This document shows, piece by piece, positions 1-10,269 of a stretch of 64,000 nt of DNA. The stretch lies in the NCBI GenBank assembly GCA_963744145.1, contig CAVUSO010000001.1:2176001-2240000 (forward strand). Direction: 5' to 3'. The number at the start of each line of letters is the position of its first letter. Position 1 is the first letter of the stretch. Under the pieces are notes generated by a model. The model had not been told where the DNA came from. It did not search any database and saw nothing but the letters and a program-made list of their open reading frames with translations. This stretch comes from an uncultured cyanobacterium. GTDB lineage: Bacteria; Cyanobacteriota; Cyanobacteriia; Cyanobacteriales; CAWUOF01. The position numbers were made by a program, and so were the translations under genes.

Positions 1-943
1 CTTCTTCAGCAATTACTGCTCCATTCCAGATAATTGGGCGTTTCAAATCTGCATCTGCGCCGATCGTGACATTATCACCTATCACTGTTCCTGCTTCGAT
101 TCTAACTCGCGGTCCAATGCGACAATTACTACCAATTAAAGCAGGGGCTTGAATCCGAGCGGTATTATCAATCCAGGTATTTTGACCTACCCATAGACCA
201 GGAGAACGTTGGTCATAAGCAAAATTGAGTTTTACTTTACCAGCCAAAGCATCATACTGGGCTTCTCGATAGGCATCTAAATGACCAACATCACACCAAT
301 ATCCGGAACCGACATAACCATACATTGGTTCATTTTCTTCTAGCAGTAAAGGAAATAAGTCTTTAGAAAAATCAGATTCTTGATTAGCTGGTAAATACTC
401 TAATACTTCTGGTTCGAGGATATAGGTGCCAGTGTTGACCGTATCAGAAAAAATTTCACTAGGAGAGGGTTTTTCTAAAAATCGCTTAATCCTGCCACTT
501 TTATCAGTAATCACCACACCAAATTCAATCGGATTGGGAACATGGGCCAAAATCAGAGTAGCTTTTGACCGCATTTGTTTGTGAAATTTAATCGCAGTAG
601 TTAAATCAAAATCAGTGACACTATCACCACTAATAACTAAGAAGGTAGTATTGAGGAGTTCGGCCACATTTTTCACACACCCTGCGGTTCCTAGTGGTTG
701 ATCTTCTTCCACTGCATAGGTGATCTGGACACCAAAGTCATTACCATCTTGGAAATAGTCTCGCATGACATCTGGTAGATAATGCAAGGTGGCAATTACT
801 TCAGTAATATGATGTTTTTTCAATAGATTGATAATATGTTCAACGATGGGACGATTCAAAATAGGCACCATCGGTTTGGGCAGATCGCTGGTCAGAGGTC
901 TGAGTCGCGTTCCCGATCCACCGGCCATTAATACTGCTCGCAT
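1..943 (-). CDS. Mannose-1-phosphate guanylyltransferase / NDP-sugar synthase (3' end runs off the window)
   Basis: Not in the ORF track; my translation from ATG at 943 gives [32 protein letters not shown] (nucleotidyltransferase signature), followed later by hexapeptide-like repeats. GGAGG RBS upstream. Confidence 0.9.
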   Translation of the reverse strand, partial: MRAVLMAGGSGTRLRPLTSDLPKPMVPILNRPIVEHIINLLKKHHITEVIATLHYLPDVMRDYFQDGNDFGVQITYAVEEDQPLGTAGCVKNVAELLNTTFLVISGDSVTDFDLTTAIKFHKQMRSKATLILAHVPNPIEFGVVITDKSGRIKRFLEKPSPSEIFSDTVNTGTYILEPEVLEYLPANQESDFSKDLFPLLLEENEPMYGYVGSGYWCDVGHLDAYREAQYDALAGKVKLNFAYDQRSPGLWVGQNTWIDNTARIQAPALIGSNCRIGPRVRIEAGTVIGDNVTIGADADLKRPIIWNGAVIAEE

Positions 944-1293
944 ACTTCCTCCTTCCCTATCTCCACGTATTTGTTAGATTTTGGCAGACGATTTTTAACG
1001 AATAATCCCTGTTTCACAAGTCTGGTTTTTGTCGGTTAGACTAGGAGAAACCTAAATACTTCCGTTATTAGCCCGATTTTTAATCTTAACCGATAGGTTT
1101 CAGTAGCATCTATTCGGTAGATTAACGTACACTTGAATAGTAGACGAAGATGAAATTCTGTTTTTAATCAGCTAAAAGTTTTCTGGTGAGGTGGTGTGAG
1201 TCAAGTTTACTAGATTTTTCTAATCTATCTGTTGTACCTGGTTTTACCCTCATTGGTCAGTTCTATCTTGTCAGTCTTTTGGAAATATCGATT

Positions 1294-1482
1294 ATGACAC
1301 CGTTAATTATCTTACTTTTGCTGGTAGGTTATGGAATTGGGTTCTGGAAATTTTGGGCAGGATTCCATCGGACTAGTTTTACCCGAAGTCTATCCAATCG
1401 GATCATTTTTTCCCTATTTTGGCCATTTTTGCTGGTGAATAAACCTTATCGTCAGAATTTTCAAAAGGCTCTGAAGGGGTAA
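1294..1482 (+). CDS. Small hypothetical membrane protein
   Basis: MTPLIILLLLVGYGIGFWKFWAGF..., two hydrophobic stretches; ATG 1294 preferred over GTG 1186. Confidence 0.6.
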   Translation: MTPLIILLLLVGYGIGFWKFWAGFHRTSFTRSLSNRIIFSLFWPFLLVNKPYRQNFQKALKG

Positions 1483-1534
1483 TTAGCAGTAGTCAAAATA
1501 CCTAGATTTACCTAAATTAACATGGTAAATTCTC

Positions 1535-1658
1535 GACCTAACCCCCCAGCCCCCTTCCCTTGCAGGGAAGGGGGAGTAATTAAGATGATTATATGGGAGA
1601 TTTAATCAGCTTAATCCTACTCCCCTTTCCTCTTAGGAGAGGGGTTGGGGGAGAGGTC
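1535..1658. repeat. Cyanobacterial C/G-rich palindromic dispersed repeat (REP/MITE-like)
   Basis: gacctaaccccccagcccccttccct..agggaagggggag ... tcccctttcctcttaggagaggggttgggggagaggtc; inverted termini with internal hairpins, between convergent genes. Confidence 0.75.
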
Positions 1659-1747
1659 AATTGTTTGGGCAGTAAAATAGCCAAGGGGGACTTTTGATGA
1701 TTTCCACCAACAAAAAGACGCTTTGCTAATCAATTGCTCAGTCTAGT

Positions 1748-3226
1748 TCAAGGTAGATCACTACTACCCATAAGATAGAGGTCACACTCACGAGCTGCTC
1801 CTCGACCTTCATTAAAAGCCCAAACTACTAGACTTTGACCACGACGACAGTCACCTGCGGCAAAAACACCAGGAATACTGGTAGCATATTTGCCATAATC
1901 AGCTTTGACATTACTGCGTGGATCACGTTCAATTCCCAAAGCATCAAGGAGAGGTTGTTCTGGACCAAGAAATCCCATGGCTAACAATACTAGTTGGGCT
2001 GGTAAGACTTTTTCTGTACCAGGAATATGCTTGGGAATAAACTGACCTTTATCGTTTTTCTCCCATTGGACTTGGACGGTATGAACAGCTTTGACGTGAT
2101 TATTTTCATCACTCTCAAACTTAGTCGCAGTAGTGAGATAAACTCGCGGGTCTGACCCAAATTTAGCCGCAGCTTCTTCCTGACCATAGTCCATTTTATA
2201 AACTTTCGGCCATTCTGGCCAAGGATTATCCGCAGCACGTTGGGATGGTGGTTGAGGAAGGATTTCTAATTGGACTAAACTTTTACAACCATGACGAATT
2301 GAGGTGCCAACACAGTCTGTTCCGGTATCACCACCACCAATGATGACTACATCTTTACCTTGAGCCGAGATAAAATTACTACTTTGATCCAGAATTGCTT
2401 TGGTGTTAGCACCAAGAAACTCCATCGCGAAATGAATTCCCTGTAATTGTCTTCCTTCAATGGGCAGATCGCGAGGTCGGGTAGCTCCAGTACAAAGTAA
2501 CACTGCATCAAATTCTTTCAGTAAATTCTCAGCCGGAAAATCTTTGCCAACTTCAGTATTACAGATAAATTTCACACCTTCGGCTTGGAGAATATTTAGT
2601 CGTCGGAGGACGACTTTCTCCTTATCAAGTTTCATGTTAGGAATACCATACATGAGCAATCCACCTGGGCGATCGGCTCGTTCAAATACGGTGACCCAAT
2701 GACCTGCTTGATTAAGTTGGGCTGCTGCTGATAATCCAGCTGGACCAGAACCAATAATGGCAACTTTTTTCCCAGTACGTTGAGTGGGTACTTTAGGAGT
2801 GATCCAACCTTCTTCCCAACCTTTTTCAATAATCGAATATTCAATATTCTTAATTGTCACAGGTGGGTTGTTGATTCCTAAGACACAAGAACCTTCACAG
2901 GGAGCGGGACAAACACGACCTGTGAATTCAGGAAAGTTATTAGTTTTATGAAGACGATCTAGGGCTTCTGACCACAATCCGCGATATACTAGATCATTCC
3001 ATTCGGGAATTAGGTTATTGATGGGACAACCACTAGCCATCCCACTGATGATTGTACCAGTGTGGCAAAAAGGCGTGCCGCAGTCCATACAGCGTGCCCC
3101 CTGAGTCCGGAGTTTGTCGTTCTCCATGTGGACGTGGAACTCATCCCAGTTGTGGATGCGATCGAGGGGTGCTAGTTCAGATGGTAACTCGCGAGCATAT
3201 TCGATAAAGCCGGTCGGTTTTCCCAT
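1748..3226 (-). CDS. gltD: Glutamate synthase small (beta) subunit
   Basis: MGKPTGF start, CMDCGTPFC and CPAPCEGSC Fe-S motifs, GSGPAG and GGGDTG dinucleotide-binding motifs, [13 protein letters not shown]. Confidence 0.95.
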   Translation of the reverse strand: MGKPTGFIEYARELPSELAPLDRIHNWDEFHVHMENDKLRTQGARCMDCGTPFCHTGTIISGMASGCPINNLIPEWNDLVYRGLWSEALDRLHKTNNFPEFTGRVCPAPCEGSCVLGINNPPVTIKNIEYSIIEKGWEEGWITPKVPTQRTGKKVAIIGSGPAGLSAAAQLNQAGHWVTVFERADRPGGLLMYGIPNMKLDKEKVVLRRLNILQAEGVKFICNTEVGKDFPAENLLKEFDAVLLCTGATRPRDLPIEGRQLQGIHFAMEFLGANTKAILDQSSNFISAQGKDVVIIGGGDTGTDCVGTSIRHGCKSLVQLEILPQPPSQRAADNPWPEWPKVYKMDYGQEEAAAKFGSDPRVYLTTATKFESDENNHVKAVHTVQVQWEKNDKGQFIPKHIPGTEKVLPAQLVLLAMGFLGPEQPLLDALGIERDPRSNVKADYGKYATSIPGVFAAGDCRRGQSLVVWAFNEGRGAARECDLYLMGSSDLP

Positions 3227-3567
3227 AGTTGTACCTCAATTGAAGGTTATATCAGTTGTCACTGGAATTATCGTACTAAGGCTTTTAGTATAGAATTGAC
3301 TCTTTTCCTTTGTCTCTTTGTTGGTGATAATTGAGCATTAATGCTTGCATATCCCCTTGCCAATTGATGCTATTCCCGTTTGTTTAATATACCGTTTTGG
3401 TGTTCATCTGGGAACATTGATAATTTCCTTAATTATCTTTTAAGAAATTTTTGACCAAATCTCCGGTTGATCTCCGTCGTTCCCTCCTGTTAATTTGTGC
3501 TAATCTTGACCAGAATTGATGTTTATGCGATCGATTGTTGACAAAGTGCGATCGCCTGAAAGTCGGT

Positions 3568-4044
3568 TTAATGATGCAAGTGGATGAGTGATTTTCCCAT
3601 TAGATAATTAGTCAAGCTTACTCCTCGACAATAAACTTGTTGTTTCTGAAGCACAGTAAATCCCATCTGTGCAAAAAATGGTTTTGCGGTAATACTTGCT
3701 TCTGTAAATAGTCCTTTTAGATGTAAATATAATGCTTTTCGTTCAATTTGTTGATAGATGAGACGACCTACTCCGCAACGTTGGTAGTTTTTGTGACAAT
3801 AAAAGCACCCAATATGACCATTAGCTTCTAATTCTCCGAAACCAAGAATTAAACCATTTTGATCAGCAATATAAGTAAATCGGGTAGCACAAATTTTCGC
3901 CCAGTTTCTAAAATAGATATTATTTGGTGCCCAAGCTTCTACCTGTTGATTTGAGTAATCTTGGATATTAATTTCATGAACTGTGTCGTGAAATAATTGT
4001 GCGATCTGCTCTACATCCTGGAGCTGAAATAAACGTATTTCCAT
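3568..4044 (-). CDS. GNAT family N-acetyltransferase (YafP-like)
   Basis: YQRCGVG acetyl-CoA motif, EASITAKPFF; likely start MEIRLF at 4044. Confidence 0.85.
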   Translation of the reverse strand: MEIRLFQLQDVEQIAQLFHDTVHEINIQDYSNQQVEAWAPNNIYFRNWAKICATRFTYIADQNGLILGFGELEANGHIGCFYCHKNYQRCGVGRLIYQQIERKALYLHLKGLFTEASITAKPFFAQMGFTVLQKQQVYCRGVSLTNYLMGKSLIHLHH

Positions 4045-4168
4045 TTTTCTCCTCATCTAAATACTTGTCACAGCGATCGCTTGAGCAGATTTACTTATAA
4101 TGGCGATCGCGACCCAGAATTGACGAATAAAGAAAAATATCTGACCACTCTAGACACTTGGCTCAGAA

Positions 4169-4284
4169 GCAGGTTATAGTAAAAATATGACGGCAAAAGA
4201 ATATATCTGGCTGTGATTCGCTGACAGCCTTGGGTGCATCTACTTAATCTATTTCAGCCTAGTTTTTCCGTAAAAATACTGAAG
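4169..4284 (+). promoter_or_regulatory. Putative promoter (TATAGT -10) and conserved leader of haemagglutinin-CHAT gene 1
   Basis: gcaggttatagtaaaaat and the leader tctggctgtgattcgctgacagcc... are repeated upstream of the paralogue at 10154-10269. Confidence 0.5.
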
Positions 4285-7200
4285 ATGAAATTAATCAAGG
4301 TGCTCCTAGCTGCGCTGCCAATTTCTGCGGCGATCGCTAGTTTCAACGCGATCGCTCAACCAATCATTTCGGCTGGTGATACTCATACAGTCGTTAACCG
4401 CAACGGTAATAATTTTAATATCAATGGCGGAGAATTGTCAAGCGATCGAACTAATCTGTTTCACAACTTTACTAAATTTAATCTCCCAACAGGACAAATC
4501 GCCAACTTTCAATCCCAACCCCAGATTCAGAATATTCTCAGTATTATTACTGGGGGAAATGTTTCCCAGATCAACGGTTTAATCAAAGTCACAGGTGGTA
4601 ACTCCCACCTGTTTTTAATTAATCCCAGTGGTCTCATCTTTGGTCCCAATGCCAGTTTAAATGTCCCCGCTTCTTTCACAGCAACCACTGCCGAGCGCCT
4701 CGGATTTGGCCCGAACTGGTTAAACACCAAGGGTAATAATAACTATTCCTTATTAAATAGCAATCCTCAAGCTTTTGCTTTTACTACATCTGAAGTCGGA
4801 AGTATTATTAATCAAGGCAACTTAACTCTCGTACCAGGACAAAATCTCACCTTATTAGGTGGAACTGTGATCAGCACCGGGAATTTAGTTGCACCCCAAG
4901 GAGAAATTACCGTTGCGGCAATTCCTGGTTCGAGTCAAGTCAGAATTAATCAAGCTCATCATGTTTTAAGTTTAGAAGTCCAGCCACCCACGACCTCATC
5001 CGGAACTACCACAGCAGCGCTATTACCCCAATTACTAACAGGTGGAAATGTGAGTAGTGCTAGCAAATTAATGGTTAATCCCAATGGCACAGTGCAGTTA
5101 ACTGGTTCAGGATTAGCAGTCGAGAATGGAGATGTAGTAGTCCAACAAGTACAGGGAAAAACTGCAACTCTCGCAGCCAACCATAATCTCACTTTAGTAG
5201 AAAGTCAACTTCAGACCAATGGAGACTTAAATCTGTTAGCTGGAGCAACAGTCAGAATTAGAGATAGTGTCAGTAAAGCATTCACAGCACAAGCAGGGGG
5301 AAACTTAATAATTCGCGGTAATCAAGGGATTGATATTCTTGCCCTCAATCATCCCGAAACACCCTTACAAAGTGGGGGAGATTTAACTTTAATTAGCGCT
5401 GGAAAAATTTCAGGAGATGCACACTATAGCACTAATGGTAATTTTAGTATTCAGAATCTAGCGGAAGGAGCGGGAGATTTTTTCAGTCTACATGATCCAG
5501 TAATTACCTCCGATGGAGATGTGACATTTGGGAATTATATAGGGGTATCACTGAAAGTAGTTGCAGGGGGAGATATTACGACCGGAAATATTACTATTAA
5601 TGGAATTGATCCAACTTTAAATCCTACCAATCCAGTAGTAATATTACACGCCGGAGTGACCAGCACAACTGATAATCGGACTTTCCCCTATACAGATGTT
5701 GCGTCAGGAACAACTTTTAATAAAAATACCCCAGCATCATCAGGAAATATTACGGTCGGGAATATTTCGACAACATCAGGTTTGCCATTACAGATAGATT
5801 TAGCAGCTAATGGTAATATTACAACTCAGGCAATTACCACGGGTGGTGGAAATATTAGCCTCAATAGTAATAATGGGATAGATACAAGTGCTGGTACATT
5901 AGACTCTACATCTGCTAGTGGTAATGGTGGTAGTATTAGCCTGACTGCTACTAATAATATTATTACTGGTAACATCAACTCTGGTGGGAACCCAAATGGC
6001 GGAGATATTACTTTAATTAGTAGTAATGGTACAATTGACACTAGCTTAGGCAGTTTATCCTCTATCGGTTATCCCGTTGTCTGTTTTCCTTCTTGTAATG
6101 CTGGAAATATAAGTTTACTTAGTAGTAATGGTAGTATTGATACCGGTGATATAGATGCTCAGTCTTCACAGGGTTATAACAACGGCGCTATCACTATTAC
6201 TACTAAGGGTAATATTACTACTAGGTCGCTACTCGGTGGAAATATTAGTCTTAACAGCAATGGTGGTGATATCAATAGCATAGCTGATACTATGGGAAGG
6301 TTTAGTAGTATCGACATTGATGCTACCGGAGGAAAGAATTCTGGTAGCGTTTACCTCAATGCCACCGGTAATATTACCATTGGAAATATCGAGACATTTG
6401 GTACCTTTGATAATGGTGGCAATATCACTCTTCATAGTGGTGGAAATATCATTGCACAATTGCTAGATTCTTATTTGTTTGTTGGGATTGGTACTGGTGG
6501 AGATATTACCTTAACTGCCAATGGTAATATTACTACTGGGGCGATTTCCGCGCAAGGCTATCTAAGTGGTGGAAATATTAATCTTAATAGCAATAATGTA
6601 ATTAATACGACTACTGGCAGTCTAAATGCTAGTTCAACGAATAGTAATGGTGGTATAATTAACCTGATTGCTACTAATAATATTATTACCAATCAGCTCA
6701 ATTCTAGTGGAAAACTAAATGGTGGGAATATAAATTTAATTAGTAATCTGGGTAGCATCAATACCACAGGTGGAATTCTCAATGCTGCTGGAGGCATAAA
6801 TGGTGGTAGTGTTAACCTTAATGCTTTAGGTAATATTAGCACTGGCAATATCACTACCATTGTTACTGGTTTTGGTGGCAATAGTGGTAGTATTACCGTC
6901 AAAAGTAATAGCGGTAATATCGATAGCACTTCTAGTCCACTGATTACTGCTTCTGCACTTGGTAATGGTGGCAATATAACTCTTAATGCGCCTAATGGTC
7001 AGTTAGCAATTAAAGATATTAATGCTGTTTCATTAGCTAATAATGGCGGACAGATTACTCTGAGTGCAAGTGGCTCAAGTACAGCAAGTGGAAATATTGC
7101 TACTAATAATCAAAATCTTACCATTGATGCTCCATTAGTTCTAGCAGGAAATTTAGCTTTTACTAACGCTGGGACAGGGCAAATTACGATTAACAACACC

Positions 7201-9966
7201 GTCGATGGAAATTATAATTTAACTCTTCAAACTGGAAGTAATTCAGTTGAGTTAAATAATTTTATTGGCGCAACAACACCTCTTAATAATCTCAATGTTC
7301 AAGGTGATATTACTACCACATCAACCGCCGGAATAAATATCAGAACCACCAATAATATAATGACTACTGGTAATATTACCTCTGCACCCGGAATTTCGTT
7401 GGTTAGCACTAATGGTAGTATTCTTACAAATACCCTAGATTCTTCAAATTCTAGTAATGCAGGTAATATTACTTTGTATGCAAATAACAATATTAATCTA
7501 ACTCAAATTAATGCTCAAAGTCTTGGCGGTGGGATGGGAGGTAATGTTGATATTACGACTAACAAATTTTTCCAAGCTACGGGTTCTTTCAATGATATTA
7601 ATGGGATCAATGCGAGTATTTCCACTGCTGGTGCAGCTAATGGTGGCACGAGTATAATCAGGCACGGTGGACAAGGAATTACACCGTTTATAGTGGGCGA
7701 TTCTAGCATAAATGGTACTGCGGCAGCAATTACTAGAGGAAATGCGGCACCAGTGCAAACGATTTCACCAACAGCATCCTATCTGAATACCTATACTCAG
7801 GACTCAAATCAACTGCAAATTATATCTGTGCCAGCACCAGTTATACCTCCCGCACCAGTACCCGCACCAGTACCCGCACCAGTACCCGTACCAGTACCCG
7901 TACCAGTACCTGCACCAGTACCCGTACCAGTAGCAGTTTCTCCATCAGCACCATTTCCTCTGAATTCTAACCCTGGGCCTACTTCTAATTCTACCGCTAC
8001 TATTACTTCTAATTCTAACTCTGGGTCTATTACTAATATTTCTCACTCTGGCACTGTTACTAATTCTCAGTCTGCTAATAACTCTGGTGACATGACAAAT
8101 GCTAATCTTAACATTGGCACAACTAATACAAATACGACCTCCAGCTCAACCACAAATACTAACTTAGTAGCAACTAACTCGACCATAAGCACCTCTATCC
8201 CAACAACTACTTCTAATGCAAATCTTAGTCAAAATTCTATTCCAGTTGTTTCAGGAACAACGATTTCAAATTCAACACTTTCCATCAATACACCCCAAAA
8301 TAAATTTGAGGCTTTAGCTGATTTAATTGGTGATTTAATTGGTGCAAAAACTGATATTAATCGAAATTTAACAACCGGAGATTATAACTTTGTCTGGTCG
8401 ATTTCTAATCAACCGATTCTGACAATCGATACTAATTCATACCCAACCACAAGTACCCCATCAGCATCTAATCCTGTAAGTTCCACTTTCTCTGGACAAA
8501 TTTATACAGTACCATTACCAACTCAGCCAAATTCTAATCAATCATTGTCAACAGTAAACCCGATCGCACCACCAGTTAATTCCGAGCCGATCGCATCAAC
8601 TACAATTTCCCCAGCGATCGCACCAACTACAACTCCCCAAGCGATCGCATCAACCACAACTCCTCCAGCGATCGCACCTACCACAACTCCCCAAATCACC
8701 AATCTCCCCAACCTAGAAAGTGCCCGTCAAGCGATCGCAACCAGTCTAGATTCCGGTAACTTAGATACAGCGATCGCCCAAATTGAACAAGTATATACTA
8801 GCGAATATGAAAACAATTCATCTACCAATCACCCCCACAGCAAAGCTACTGCACAAGGAATTCGCGATACCCTTAAAACCATTGCGGCTCAAACTAAAAC
8901 TCATCCAGTGATTATCTATGCGATCGCCTATAAAGAGCATTTACAATTGTTATTAGTTGTGCCAGAAGGACCCCCAATTCTCAAAACCGTTCCCACGGCG
9001 AATCGTCAGCTTTTACTTAACACATTAGCAAAATTTCGTGAGCATATTACCGCTCCTAGTGAACGCAATACAAACAATTACTTAGCTCCGGCACAACAAC
9101 TTTATACCTGGCTAATTTCCCCACTCAAATCTGATCTTGATGCGCTCAAAGTCGATACCTTAATTTTTTCAATGGATGCGGGATTACGTCTGATTCCCTT
9201 AGCCGCTTTACAGGATGGTAAACAATTTTTAATTGAACAATATAGCTTGGGAATGATTCCTAGTGTCAGCTTAACTGATAGTCGCTATCAATCGCTTGAC
9301 CATCAACAAGTTTTAGCGATGGGAGCGAATAAATTTAAAACCCAAAGCGCCTTACCTTCAGTACCAACTGAACTAGCGACAATTACTCCCAAACTTTGGA
9401 AAGGTCAATCTTTTCTGAATGAAGATTTTACTTTAACTCATCTCAAATCTGCCCGGAACCACATCCCCTTTAAAATCCTTCATTTAGCAACCCATGCGGA
9501 ATTTGAACCAGGCAATTTAAGCAATTCCTATATTCAATTATGGGATACACGCTTAACCATCGATAAATTGCAAGAATTACAATGGAATGATCCAGAAGTA
9601 GAAATGCTGGTCTTAAGTGCTTGTCAAACCGCCGTGGGAGATGATAATGTCGAGTTAGGTTTTGCCGGATTAGCAGTACAAGCTGGAGTGAAATCGGCTG
9701 TAGCGAGTTTATGGTATGTCAGTGATGAAGGGACATTAGGATTAATGAGTGAGTTTTATCAACAACTGAAAACAGCCAAGATTAAAGCCGAAGCTCTCCG
9801 ACAAGCACAGTTAGGAATGCTCCATCGGAGAATTCAGATCAACAATGGCAAATTACATACCTCCTTTGGAGATCTTACCTTACCTCCAGAACTATCTCAT
9901 CTCAACAGTGATTTAGCTCATCCTTACTATTGGTCAGCCTTTACCATGATTGGTAGTCCTTGGTAA
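4285..9966 (+). CDS. Filamentous haemagglutinin (TPS domain) protein with C-terminal CHAT (caspase-like) domain, copy 1
   Basis: Signal-peptide-like MKLIKVLLAALP, NLFHNF and LINPSG TPS motifs, G/N-rich beta-helix repeats, Pro/Thr linker, CHAT motifs HLATHA, LVLSACQT and HPYYWSAF. Confidence 0.9.
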   Translation: MKLIKVLLAALPISAAIASFNAIAQPIISAGDTHTVVNRNGNNFNINGGELSSDRTNLFHNFTKFNLPTGQIANFQSQPQIQNILSIITGGNVSQINGLIKVTGGNSHLFLINPSGLIFGPNASLNVPASFTATTAERLGFGPNWLNTKGNNNYSLLNSNPQAFAFTTSEVGSIINQGNLTLVPGQNLTLLGGTVISTGNLVAPQGEITVAAIPGSSQVRINQAHHVLSLEVQPPTTSSGTTTAALLPQLLTGGNVSSASKLMVNPNGTVQLTGSGLAVENGDVVVQQVQGKTATLAANHNLTLVESQLQTNGDLNLLAGATVRIRDSVSKAFTAQAGGNLIIRGNQGIDILALNHPETPLQSGGDLTLISAGKISGDAHYSTNGNFSIQNLAEGAGDFFSLHDPVITSDGDVTFGNYIGVSLKVVAGGDITTGNITINGIDPTLNPTNPVVILHAGVTSTTDNRTFPYTDVASGTTFNKNTPASSGNITVGNISTTSGLPLQIDLAANGNITTQAITTGGGNISLNSNNGIDTSAGTLDSTSASGNGGSISLTATNNIITGNINSGGNPNGGDITLISSNGTIDTSLGSLSSIGYPVVCFPSCNAGNISLLSSNGSIDTGDIDAQSSQGYNNGAITITTKGNITTRSLLGGNISLNSNGGDINSIADTMGRFSSIDIDATGGKNSGSVYLNATGNITIGNIETFGTFDNGGNITLHSGGNIIAQLLDSYLFVGIGTGGDITLTANGNITTGAISAQGYLSGGNINLNSNNVINTTTGSLNASSTNSNGGIINLIATNNIITNQLNSSGKLNGGNINLISNLGSINTTGGILNAAGGINGGSVNLNALGNISTGNITTIVTGFGGNSGSITVKSNSGNIDSTSSPLITASALGNGGNITLNAPNGQLAIKDINAVSLANNGGQITLSASGSSTASGNIATNNQNLTIDAPLVLAGNLAFTNAGTGQITINNTVDGNYNLTLQTGSNSVELNNFIGATTPLNNLNVQGDITTTSTAGINIRTTNNIMTTGNITSAPGISLVSTNGSILTNTLDSSNSSNAGNITLYANNNINLTQINAQSLGGGMGGNVDITTNKFFQATGSFNDINGINASISTAGAANGGTSIIRHGGQGITPFIVGDSSINGTAAAITRGNAAPVQTISPTASYLNTYTQDSNQLQIISVPAPVIPPAPVPAPVPAPVPVPVPVPVPAPVPVPVAVSPSAPFPLNSNPGPTSNSTATITSNSNSGSITNISHSGTVTNSQSANNSGDMTNANLNIGTTNTNTTSSSTTNTNLVATNSTISTSIPTTTSNANLSQNSIPVVSGTTISNSTLSINTPQNKFEALADLIGDLIGAKTDINRNLTTGDYNFVWSISNQPILTIDTNSYPTTSTPSASNPVSSTFSGQIYTVPLPTQPNSNQSLSTVNPIAPPVNSEPIASTTISPAIAPTTTPQAIASTTTPPAIAPTTTPQITNLPNLESARQAIATSLDSGNLDTAIAQIEQVYTSEYENNSSTNHPHSKATAQGIRDTLKTIAAQTKTHPVIIYAIAYKEHLQLLLVVPEGPPILKTVPTANRQLLLNTLAKFREHITAPSERNTNNYLAPAQQLYTWLISPLKSDLDALKVDTLIFSMDAGLRLIPLAALQDGKQFLIEQYSLGMIPSVSLTDSRYQSLDHQQVLAMGANKFKTQSALPSVPTELATITPKLWKGQSFLNEDFTLTHLKSARNHIPFKILHLATHAEFEPGNLSNSYIQLWDTRLTIDKLQELQWNDPEVEMLVLSACQTAVGDDNVELGFAGLAVQAGVKSAVASLWYVSDEGTLGLMSEFYQQLKTAKIKAEALRQAQLGMLHRRIQINNGKLHTSFGDLTLPPELSHLNSDLAHPYYWSAFTMIGSPW
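7849..7932 (+). repeat. In-frame 12-bp tandem repeat (cccgcaccagta/cccgtaccagta) encoding a PAPV/PVPV linker
   Basis: About 7 units visible in the DNA. Confidence 0.85.
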
Positions 9967-10153
9967 ATCAGATGAATCGATACGACAAATTATCATAATG
10001 ATCAGGAGCGCTGACTGAAAACCAATCTATGGGTTGGTAATGCTAAATCTCTACTTTAGTCAGAAAAAAAGAGAGCTATGGTTTTTAGAACAGAATACTT
10101 ATTTTATTAGAGTTCAAATAAAATTTTCACCATTCTAGTCACTTTACTGAGCC

Positions 10154-10269
10154 GCAGGTTATAGTAAAAATGGAACTATAAAATAATCTGTCTGGCTGTG
10201 ATTCGCTGACAGCCTTGGGTGCATCTACTTAATCTATTTCAGCCTAGTTTTTCCGTAAAAATACTGAAG
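10154..10269 (+). promoter_or_regulatory. Putative promoter and leader of haemagglutinin-CHAT gene 2
   Basis: Duplicate of 4169-4284; about 80 bp before the ATG are identical. Confidence 0.5.

Noticed and set aside
3270..3540. Short open frames upstream of gltD
   Set aside because: Interrupted by stops and not recognisable as any family.
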